DNA of 63,915 nucleotides, counting the filler, from Stramenopiles sp. TOSAG23-6 (lineage: Eukaryota): NCBI GenBank assembly GCA_900128565.1. It is 4 parts of 4 records of this genome, joined end to end, with 100 filler letters (N's around TTAATTAATTAA, not from the genome) between each part and the next. Parts side by side here need not be neighbours in the genome. Positions count along the whole stretch, not along the records: positions 16,384 to 32,554 come from LT636096.1; positions 32,655 to 48,746 come from LT636097.1; 2 more parts are not named here. One strand, given 5' to 3'. Positions 29,124 through 39,000 of the stretch are shown here, piece by piece; within the stretch, counting starts at the first letter, position 1, and every line of letters begins with the position of its first letter. The position numbers and the translations under genes are program-made. The notes beneath the pieces were generated by a model. The model worked only from the letters and a program-made list of their open reading frames with translations. It was not told the DNA's origin and searched no databases.

Positions 29124-31571
29124 TCAAGAAGTACCGGGTATCGGAATATTTCTCTCTGCGACCCATAAAACAAAAAGGTTAAATAATCCCTTACCGATAC
29201 ATTTTCTATCGACAAAAGCAAATGCAGCTTCTGCTTCATCATCATCTAAATGGATTCTTAAAATATGAAGATACGCACAAAATTCTGAAAAAGTAATTGT
29301 TCTGTCTTCATCATCACCAATACTATTTCTGCTAAATTTGAACCAAAGTTTGCTAAAATAGAAAATATTTCTTATCAAGCATGAAAAATCATTTCGAGTT
29401 ATTATTTCTTCATGCTCATCTATTTCTTTTGTTTTCTTGTGACTTGAAAGATATTTGAATGCACGTTTGTAAGCTAACTTTTCATTTAATAAAGGCCAAT
29501 AATTTGAAACAACTTTATGAATATCCCATACATTGCAATTATTTTCATTTTGACTTGTACATAATTTCCATAAATCATCAATTATTGTTACTTTTTCATT
29601 TACCTGAGTATTAAGTATTTTCACACGCTTACCTCTAATAAGATCCTTTATGACATATTCAAGTTTGTCATATTCATTTCCTTTCATTTCTAAAATATCA
29701 ATCTTTTTCTTAGACTTTTGCTTACTCTTTTGTTTTCGTCTTGCAGCTGCAGCTGCTGCATTACTTGACAAATTTTCTACGACACTGACACTTCTTTTAT
29801 GAAATATGGATAGAGATGGACGCGTCGCTCGGCCTGTTTTTTTTCGTGTTTTATCAAATAATATCGAAAATGCTTCAAAACTAAATTTATCGTTTTCATG
29901 TCCGGCCTCTTTAGAAGCATTCACTAAATCTTCTTTTTTTATACCAGCTATTGTCATTTGAGCTCTTGGAGATTGAGTATTTTTATCAAATTGTTTTGAG
30001 TTTTGAGAACACCTTTGTCTCCTCCGCTGTTTATCCTTTTCAATTTTTCTCATTTGAAAAGGTCTCAAATGATTCTGTTGTGCCATGTTAAAAGACTTTT
30101 TCATTGATATTGAAGATTTTGTAGAGTATGCCGCAGGCCCTGGAGAGTACAATGTACCTATAGTCTTATCTCCAGCAGCAGCCATAGCCTCAAGAAGATT
30201 TGGTCTTTTCGCACAACCCCATGTACTTTTGAATCGACCAGATGATTCTATCTTTGGTGTAAATGTTCTTGTCTCAAAGGTAGATGGAATTCGATATTGA
30301 CCCGGACCTGGGCTTGTGGCTGATCCTAATAATGGGGCAAATTTAGTTGATCGCTGTGGACAATGAGCAGTTACAGGTCTACTTTTTGGCAATTTAAATC
30401 CTGGTGTGGAGTTCAAATGTTCCTTTTCTATTTTTGATATAGTATGTGCAAACCGATATGAAGGGGAGTGTCCAATTTGACCATATTTAGCATCTGCGTA
30501 ATGACCAGGGCCTGGGTATAAAACAGTCGAATCTCTATCCACGGCATGTTTCCGTTTACTTTCACCAAAAGATTGTTTTTTTACAGAAAAATGTTTTTTA
30601 TCTTTACAGTGTTTTATACCAAGTAAATCATCATACGTGCCTGGTCCAATGATGATTGAGGTTGAACTACGAACATCTGGAAAACGCGAATTCTTAAAAT
30701 TCATTTTACTATGTGCACGACTATTTTCCAAATTATCTTGTTTCTGTATGATCCAATCCTCTACGGTATATATAGCTGACTTATCCAAGGTGTACGTAGA
30801 AGGATTAGGTTGTTTGGTAGGACGACATTTTTGAAGAATACACCTGGATAAATTTGTTGGATTTGAATAATTCGATATTTCTTGAGTTTTATTTTTTTCT
30901 TGCTTTTGATTTAGACTTTTGGGACTACTATTTATATCCTCTTTTGAAAAATTATTGTATGTCGATGTTCTATTAGGGGTAGTGTTCGATGTTCTATCAA
31001 GTTGTCTGTCCATGACTATTCCTTTTTCGTGAAAGTAATTTAATACTTCCGCTGCTGCTTTTTGAGGATTCCAATCTGTTGGTGTCGGTGGAAGGTCACA
31101 ATCTATATCTTCCTGGCTGATATTGAGACCTAAACCTCTGAGTTCACTTAGTTTTGGTATGTCGTAATCTATGGATTGCTTTGCTGTTCCATACGGAGAA
31201 AGAGATTTTGAGAAATCCATTTTTGGCACGTACGGTTTTTCTATCTTTTGTAGCTCTTTATTCGATTTCGGAGAAAGGGCAAGAGATTCATTCAAGTCTA
31301 ATTGTTTGTTCGTTGAGTAATTTGCTATGATATTATTTGAATCTGTGTGGACAGCTTTACATATAGGACGACGAGAAAGAATACAGTTTGCAGAATTTCT
31401 AGTGGTTCGACCAAAAGTCGAATCATGCATACTACAGTCCCCACGCAGACGAATTTTTTTTCTAGAACTCGCCTGTGCTGCCCTTTGAAATGATGAAAAT
31501 ATTTCATAGGAACCTGGTCCAGGTTCACCATAATCCGGAGATGATTTTAATCGCTCTGTTGTATATAACAT
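29124..31571 (-). CDS. Duplicate copy of the SHIPPO-repeat/EF-hand protein
   Basis: Translation identical to 17367-19814. Confidence 0.7.
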   Translation of the reverse strand: MLYTTERLKSSPDYGEPGPGSYEIFSSFQRAAQASSRKKIRLRGDCSMHDSTFGRTTRNSANCILSRRPICKAVHTDSNNIIANYSTNKQLDLNESLALSPKSNKELQKIEKPYVPKMDFSKSLSPYGTAKQSIDYDIPKLSELRGLGLNISQEDIDCDLPPTPTDWNPQKAAAEVLNYFHEKGIVMDRQLDRTSNTTPNRTSTYNNFSKEDINSSPKSLNQKQEKNKTQEISNYSNPTNLSRCILQKCRPTKQPNPSTYTLDKSAIYTVEDWIIQKQDNLENSRAHSKMNFKNSRFPDVRSSTSIIIGPGTYDDLLGIKHCKDKKHFSVKKQSFGESKRKHAVDRDSTVLYPGPGHYADAKYGQIGHSPSYRFAHTISKIEKEHLNSTPGFKLPKSRPVTAHCPQRSTKFAPLLGSATSPGPGQYRIPSTFETRTFTPKIESSGRFKSTWGCAKRPNLLEAMAAAGDKTIGTLYSPGPAAYSTKSSISMKKSFNMAQQNHLRPFQMRKIEKDKQRRRQRCSQNSKQFDKNTQSPRAQMTIAGIKKEDLVNASKEAGHENDKFSFEAFSILFDKTRKKTGRATRPSLSIFHKRSVSVVENLSSNAAAAAARRKQKSKQKSKKKIDILEMKGNEYDKLEYVIKDLIRGKRVKILNTQVNEKVTIIDDLWKLCTSQNENNCNVWDIHKVVSNYWPLLNEKLAYKRAFKYLSSHKKTKEIDEHEEIITRNDFSCLIRNIFYFSKLWFKFSRNSIGDDEDRTITFSEFCAYLHILRIHLDDDEAEAAFAFVDRKCIGKGLFNLFVLWVAERNIPIPGTS

Positions 31572-31868
31572 TGCTCTAGAGTTTTGTTTGTTTACAACAA
31601 AAACACTCTAGCTAGATACAAAAATCTTTCAAATAATATGTGTGAATCATGAAACTGTCAAGGTCTAAATCAAAAAGTTTGATTGACACGACACCAAAAA
31701 CACAAACCTGCGCGCGTTCATTTCATTTTTTTTTGGTCGCTCTCTTCGTATTCGTCTCTCTCGACCCTGAAGAGATATTTATAACTTTTAGTCATTTTGA
31801 ACTTCTTGAATCTTGATACTTAAATGCAAACCTCTTATATTCTTTGATGTATATATGTTTTTTTATCG

Positions 31869-32504
31869 ATGGTTTCTAATCTACCTGATATGACAGATGC
31901 TTGCTCGAGTGCGAATATTGTTGCATGGCCGAATTTTGCTTTTGACTTTGCCTCTTATTCTCAAGTTCTTTTCGATGAAGCACGACAGCTACTTGTACTG
32001 ATACGCAGTGGTGTATATTTTACAATACCATTATCTCAAGCTTTGTTACGATCTACTCCAAGCCTATCATCTCCACTTAATTTTGTAAGTCCTGGTCCGG
32101 TGGTTTCCGTGAATTTTTCGTATAATAAGCGATTCATTGCAGTACAACGTAGCAGTACTATTGTTGAGATTATTGATATTTTTAGCCGTACAGAACTTGA
32201 GCTAACTTGTCGTAGTAAAGATCACCGTTTTCTGCGTAACTGTGTATCTTGGTGTAAATATGCAAATAGTACTGATGCTTTATTCCTCGCAACCCAGCGT
32301 GGATTAGAAATATATCGATTGACGTCGACAAACAGAGGCACCACATGTAAGTATGTAAAAACTATAAAACACCCAGATGTCCACTTCTTTTGGTTCTGTC
32401 CTTTAGAAAATGGTAATATTTGCGAGGGTGTTATTATCTTATCAACTGGTCATCAAGGACGAGTGATGCGGCCTTATTTATTAAATTCATTCACACCTGT
32501 AAAT
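31869..32504 (+). CDS. RMC1: Duplicate copy of the RMC1 first exon
   Basis: Identical to 16434-17069. Confidence 0.7.
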
Positions 32505-32554
32505 GTATGTTTTATTTTTTTTCAAATTCTATTTTTTTTCGTACGAAATTTTGT
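32505..32554 (+). mobile_element. Introner-like intron, 5' part (contig-truncated; mirror of 16384-16433)
   Basis: AT|GTATGTTTT...TTCGTACGAAATTTTGT, then the gap. Confidence 0.85.
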
Positions 32555-32654
32555 NNNNNNNNNNNNNNNNNNNNNNNNNNNNNNNNNNNNNNNNNNNNTT
32601 AATTAATTAANNNNNNNNNNNNNNNNNNNNNNNNNNNNNNNNNNNNNNNNNNNN
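32555..32654. other. Artificial contig linker
   Basis: N44-TTAATTAATTAA-N44. Confidence 0.97.
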
Positions 32655-33095
32655 ACATCCTTTGGTATTGAACCAGATAGTTTGTTGTCTTCCAAGGACA
32701 AAGTTTCGAGATAAAAAAAACGCATTCATGAACTTGAACAACAGCTCGGTGAAGCAAACGAAATGTTTCGTGAATGTAAAGTAGAGCTTGCTGAAGAGCA
32801 ACATCGAAGAGATAGGAGATCCGTAACGAAAATCATTTTGTGGTATCCCATTCATGGTAACGTCACTCAGGTTAGGATGACTTCCGATGGATAACCCTGG
32901 ACAAAATAATTTGCTTTGAGACATTTGTGTGTCGTATTGTTGAATGTCAGCTGGATTACTTTGTACATTGTTGTTGTTTTCAGGTATTTGTTGAGGTACA
33001 CTTTGATTGCGTTGTGTAGTTTCGTTTTGTTGAGCATTTGTAAATTGAATGCACAAAAATATAAGAAAACACGAAACTATACACTGTATATACAT
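32655..33095 (-). CDS. N-terminus of a secreted Q/N-rich protein; 3'-truncated, possibly chimeric below about 32820
   Basis: Signal-like leader MYIQCIVSCFLIFLCIQFTNA; the ORF runs into the gap. Confidence 0.5.
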
Positions 33096-33741
33096 ACTTT
33101 AATGCCACGTAGAGAGAACGATATGGAAATGTTGTATAGTATGTCTTGAGTTTCACTTGTGTAAAGAGTTTTTGATTGATTTCTTATCAAAGATAAACAC
33201 AACAACACACACACTTATAGTACGAGTCTAATATAATACTGTTACATATTTTCCATTTTCTTTTCGTCGATCTTGTTGTTTTTTTTATAACGTCTTTGTA
33301 ATAATTTTTTCTTCTTCAAGAAACACGAAATCTGGAAACTTTTGTATGTACAAACCTGGTTTTACATAAATTTACAAATGGACACAATATGCCGGGCAAA
33401 TTGGTCTTATGCAAATCTTTTATAAAACAAAATTAGAGAACTTTTTAATCATTCCTAATGATAACATTTGACCACAACTTTCTCATAAAGTATATATCAT
33501 CATCATCCAAGAAAGAATATGAAATAATAATTAAATTTTGCAGTGAGAGGAACCGTCAATTATTTTCACGAAAAAACACGAAAAAACAAGAAAAATGTCA
33601 AATTTTTATACCGATCAGATGACCAAGGAACTTTACCTCAGGAACTCAGAATTTACCTCGCGTGGTATCAATACTACCATTTGTATTATTGGAAACAAAA
33701 TATACTTACACAAAATATTTTAAAATAGTATCAAAAGTATA

Positions 33742-34041
33742 ATGTGTCTTTGTGCAATGTGCGAATTAGCTTGCCTTCCACTAAAGTGTGTAAAAATGAT
33801 TCTTACGAATTCTTGCAAACTTTTTGCATTTGTATTTTTTCTTCTATTCGGCGCACTCTTCGTTATTGGATTGACAAAAAAACCAATTGATCTTGGACTG
33901 AAGGGGTTCCCGTTATATCTTATGGCTGTAATTTCAGGTGGGTTTTTTGCTTTATTGATGCTATCATGTCTGATCACAAGATGCTGCAGACCAACTACAA
34001 CTGTAGTCGTCCAAAGGACGAACCCTACGAGTATGGCTTAA
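33742..34041 (+). CDS. Small hypothetical membrane protein (2 TM helices, Cys-rich ends)
   Basis: 99-aa ORF with two hydrophobic stretches, flanked by AT-rich intergenic DNA. Confidence 0.55.
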   Translation: MCLCAMCELACLPLKCVKMILTNSCKLFAFVFFLLFGALFVIGLTKKPIDLGLKGFPLYLMAVISGGFFALLMLSCLITRCCRPTTTVVVQRTNPTSMA

Positions 34042-34260
34042 CCTTGTACAACAACTATGAATGATATAAAATAATTTTGTTTTTCTTTAATTCTTTATAC
34101 CTTATTTCCATCGTAAAAATCTAAATTAAACAGAAATATAAATGGACAAAATATATACATATAATGTAGGAAGCTATTATTTTAATTAAAAGCCGTAAAA
34201 ATAACAAAATTTCAGCGAATACTGCTTTTTTAATTGAAACGTATATAATTTGTAAAACCT

Positions 34261-35691
34261 CTAATAATACCACTGTACCTTTTTACGCTTGTGATTTGGT
34301 ACACCCAGATTAAGTTCGTATAATTTATCAATCTTTTTAGTATAAAGTTTAGCGGCTTCCTGCTCAAGACGAATACGTTCTTTTTCGTCTTCTCTTTCTT
34401 TTGCTCTTTTGACCTTTCTAGCCTCTATTTGTGCAGTTATAAATTTGCTACTTTCCAAACGCAAATCTTTTTTTCTTTGTACTTTAGCCTCAGCTTCTTT
34501 TATTTTGATTTGTGTATCTGCCAAAAGTTTTGTTGCAAAATTCATATTTTCTTCTTCTTCTTTTCTTCGTCTCTCAGCTTTCCATTTTATTTGAGATTGA
34601 CGAGACTCATCAACTTCCCTCATTAATTTAGCTCTTGCATCTGCTTCAGCCTTCCATGTTTTTTCTCGTTTATTCCAGGCTTTGTCTTCCTCATCTCGGA
34701 GCAGTTGTTCCAAATATGAATCGTCTTGTTGCTCTTTGATCATCATTTGTTTTAGCATACCCTGATAATCTTTCATCTCCTTTTTGCGAGCAGCTTTTAA
34801 ATCTTGCTCTTCTTTCTCCTTGGCTGCTTCTTTTTTTAGTACAGCATGTAAAAGTCTCAAATCTTCTGCTGCTTCTGCATCTCCTTTATGTGAATCCAGT
34901 TCTTTCTTATGTGCATTAAATATAGCTGTTTCGCGCTCGATCTCTGCTGCGTGGTCTCTTCGGGCTTGTTGTTTATCCAACTCAGCTTGGTTTTCTGCAG
35001 CCCACCTCGCACGCATTCGTGCCAATTCTTCAGCGTCTTCTTGTTCTTGACGAGCCTTTAAATAAGCCACCTCTTTCACTTGCGCGGCAAGCATTCTTTT
35101 TGTTAAATCAGAGCGTTCATCTAATACCGCCTGCTCCGCAAGTTCACGACGAAGAAGCTTCTCCTTGCGTTTCGCATACTCCTCCTCTTTCAAACGATCA
35201 GCTTGACGAACTGCTTCCTCTCGTTCTTCTTTCCACACTAACTGTTGCTTACGTTCTTGTGCCACACGTCGTGTCAACATGTTAGCTTGGTATGAACGAA
35301 TCTCGTCAACACTATCACGCCACTGAATTGCGCGCAATCGTTCTACTTCTTTCAGACGATCTGTTTCTCTCTTCTCCTGAAGACTATTAGCATGACGGAC
35401 TAGTCGTTCACGACGCTGTTCCATTGTCTCAAAGCTTGAAGCTAACTTATCAGCTAAAAACTCATTCTCAGCAGTAAGCAGTGACATTAACTCTCTACGT
35501 CTAACATTGAGCTTCCGTGCATACGCTGCTTTACGTGAAGCTAAACGTTTCTTTACCTCCAACTTCTTCATCGCTTGTCCCGTTTTATTTTCCCATACTG
35601 CATAACCCATGGCAATTTTATCTCTGTTAAAGGATGCTTTCAACTGTGTACGTCTCGCTTCGCGTTCACGCGCTGCTGCAAATCCGTGCAT
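34261..35691 (-). CDS. CFAP53: Cilia- and flagella-associated protein 53-like (trichoplein/TPH coiled coil)
   Basis: E/R/K coiled coil with RRRELMSLL.AE...ETMEQRRERL...A..L.EKRE.DR...V......WRDSVDEIR and C-terminal RKKVQWYY. Confidence 0.75.
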   Translation of the reverse strand: MHGFAAAREREARRTQLKASFNRDKIAMGYAVWENKTGQAMKKLEVKKRLASRKAAYARKLNVRRRELMSLLTAENEFLADKLASSFETMEQRRERLVRHANSLQEKRETDRLKEVERLRAIQWRDSVDEIRSYQANMLTRRVAQERKQQLVWKEEREEAVRQADRLKEEEYAKRKEKLLRRELAEQAVLDERSDLTKRMLAAQVKEVAYLKARQEQEDAEELARMRARWAAENQAELDKQQARRDHAAEIERETAIFNAHKKELDSHKGDAEAAEDLRLLHAVLKKEAAKEKEEQDLKAARKKEMKDYQGMLKQMMIKEQQDDSYLEQLLRDEEDKAWNKREKTWKAEADARAKLMREVDESRQSQIKWKAERRRKEEEENMNFATKLLADTQIKIKEAEAKVQRKKDLRLESSKFITAQIEARKVKRAKEREDEKERIRLEQEAAKLYTKKIDKLYELNLGVPNHKRKKVQWYY

Positions 35692-36055
35692 TTTACTATA
35701 TTACAGTTTTAACAATGACCAACCTCCAAAGTCTGGAAGAATCTAAAAACTCAAAAGTGTTTCAAACCCAAAGAAATACTGTAGGAGTCTGAAAATCAAG
35801 AAGATTGACGATGTAACGTTACATCGAAAATGATACAATAGAACACGAAATCCCGTTTTTTTTATGGCCATTGCAATTATTTGAGTCGATGTCGATCGAT
35901 GTCGAAGTCAAAAACTTCCTCATGGAATTAACCTTTCTTGGGACAAGCTAGTATTGCTGTTATAATATTTTTCTACGAAAACAGCGACGAATCAAGACAT
36001 TGCTTTACATCAACAACATTGATTGATTTAGATTATCTATCGGTAGTGTTTCAAT

Positions 36056-39000
36056 ATGATTCCTGTGACGCCGAATCATAGGTTGTCTTCTCATAATGAT
36101 TTTCACAGGGGTGCAGGAGGTAACGAAGAAAATCAGAACCCTAATGTGTTAGCTGCTGGAAGCGCCCGACCTAAAACTTCAGTTTTAATCGACGAAACTA
36201 TAGCTTGTGGACCCAAATCTCTACATAATGTTACTGGTCGTCGTAAAACTTTAAAAAAGGAATCCCCGCGCACGATTCATTCAAACTCTTTTGATGAAAT
36301 CGGTCCACCGTCCGGTCCGGTACCAGAAGACTCTTATTCTGATCTTACTGTGTTGACACAGACTACCACGAATACCCGTTCTCCGACTGCGTTGAAATTA
36401 ATGAAACAGATGTTAGAAGAAGAAAGATACTTAGTCGCAGAGCTTACTGTAGTTAAAATGGAATTCCTTCAACCTCTTGAACAACAGGATACATCTTGGA
36501 AACAATCGTTGTTTAGAGAAGCGGAAATGGTGCTCTTTACATCAAGTTTTGAACAAATATATCGTTTACATTCTAGATTATTGGCTGATCTCGAAGAACT
36601 TATGGGAATTTCTAACGATGGTACAGAAAACACTGACCCTATGTTTGGTGCCGTTGTTCTGAGGTATGCAAATTTATTTGAAATGTACAGAGAATATGTT
36701 TTTGCTTTAGAAACATTTCGTGCTTTTCTATGTCAAGGTGGAGGTTTCTTAAAAGATCGACCGAAAGTTCTTGAATTTTTTAGAGATTTTCGTCGGACTC
36801 AGAGAACACGCTTATTGGCGGAAGAGCAATCTGATCTGGAACGCTCAAATACTTTGAAAAAAGTATTTTCCATGCAGAATGATAAAGCGGTTGAAGCTGC
36901 TGCGAAACGTGAATTTACTGAATTGAATCGGCGCTCTGCAATGCGTGAAAAAAGTTCACGATTTTCAGCATTTGTAGGTAACAATAGAAATTATACTCTT
37001 CAACGTGATATAAAGCAGCGAAATGGGTCGTTTATGATCCAAGAAAAATCTTTATCAAACCAAATGAATAGAAGTGACATAAAACACATTTCGACACGTT
37101 CTTCAGTATCCACCGCATCCTCCACACGATCATCTACATCGTTTTCGACAAACCGAAGTATCAAATATAAAGAAAATCAAGATACTCTAGAAAAAAATCA
37201 GCAACAACTTGAAGCCAATGGTGGTGCTTTGTATATATTTTTGAAATTAAGAGTTTCAAGAGTTGGAGAATATGTAAAGATTCTTCATTCGTTATTAGTA
37301 GCAACACCAGATGTATGTTTTATTTTTTTTCAATTTCGATTTTTTTTTCGTACGAAATTTCGTACCTAACAAATTTTGTTTTTTTTTGAAATATTTTTCC
37401 AAAATACATGATCATCCAGACCGTGCTGCAATAATAAAAGCAAAAGGCGCACTAGCCACAGCTCTTGTATCTGTTCATGTACGTTTTTCAATTCAATTTT
37501 AAATGTATAATATATTACTGTTTTCCAATTCAATTTTAAATGTATAATATATTACTGTTTCTCAAAGGTGTTTTCAAAGATTTTGTACTTATTAAATCCA
37601 AATTTGATATATTTTGCCAAAATAAATGAGGCATCACAAAGTACGACAGAAAGAGATAAATTACGTGTGTTAGAGTCACAATTTTCTACTGATGTTAGTT
37701 TAATTAAAACCGGAAGACGATTGTATGTTTTATTTTTTTTAATTTCGAATTTATTTTTTTTCGTACGAAATTTTGTATTTTTTGAAATATTTTTCCAAAA
37801 TACTTAGTTTTAGCTGGTCAGTTAGAGAAGGAGTCTCGAAAACGACGTATCAAATATCATGTAGGTTTATCCATCATTAACCCTAGTAACCCTAGGTGTA
37901 TCCATCATTTTAATTTCAATTTTTTTTTCATACAAAATTGTATACCTAACAAAAACAAGTTTGAAATATTTTCCATCAATACATTTCCATTTATTCAGTG
38001 ATGTTTTGTTATATTCCTCTGGATCTGCAAAGAGTGGAGGATTTGCGTTGCATCGTGCAATGCCTCTGCTTCAAATGACCGTGAAAAATGTAGGTAACAA
38101 AAAACCATGCTCATTTCAAATTCTTGGTGCTGAAAAGTCGTTTACGTGTCATGTACGTTTTCGAAATTGAATTGTTTACCTACTTTTTTTTAGTTTGAAA
38201 ATTTTGTACCTAACAAATTTCGAAAGTAATATTTGTTTTACAATACATGCAAGTAGTGTACAAGAGAAACGACGATGGTTTCGTGCACTGAATCGTCATA
38301 TTAACGAGTGCAAAGCCGAAGCGGGTGCTGAAGGAACTGAGACAGTTGTGGCTCCAGTTTGGACGAATGATTCTTCTGGATCGAATTGTAGTTTATGCGT
38401 TGCTGAGTTTACATTTCGACGACGTCGTCATCATTGTCGTAATTGTGGAGCCTTGGTTTGCTCAAATTGTTCTCAGGACCGTCGTGTTGTCCAACACATG
38501 TACGTTTTCATCATGAATTTCTAATTTATTTTTTTTTCATACGAAATTTTGTACCTAAACAAAACAATAATGTATGAAATATTTTCCACAATATATTGAC
38601 CCTGTGGAAGCNGTAAGAGTTTGCTCACAGTGTATGAACAAAATTTCCTTAAAGGAACGGGCCATGTATAGATGGGAATTGCGTTTGATGAAAGTACAGA
38701 ATACTAACTTAAAAGGTGATCGAAGAGCATATGCTCATATTGATCTTTTACAAACGTACCCACATCATACAACAACAAGTATGTCAGTGTCGGAGGCGGA
38801 GCTTGAAGCTGGTGATTCTACCGGAAGTATACCTTCTTCTTCTAGCAGTTCTAAAGGGACTAAAGTATCAAAAAATACATCGAAAAAGATTTCAAAATCA
38901 TTACTACGTGGTGGACAATCTGTAATGGCAAAGATGTCGATGGGCTCTTCGAGACCATCTAGTAATTCATCTTCATCAAGCTCATCAACGCTATCAACAA

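Larger units (their letters stand above)
25715..32554. repeat. Right arm of the 6840-bp perfect inverted duplication
   Basis: Reverse complement of 16384-23223; identity stops after ...GATGCAAGAGC. Confidence 0.95.

Noticed and set aside
37313-38596. CRISPR-like array of repeats with unique spacers
   Set aside because: The repeats are about 100 nt and variable, and the spacers are in-frame exons of a eukaryotic gene. There are no cas genes.
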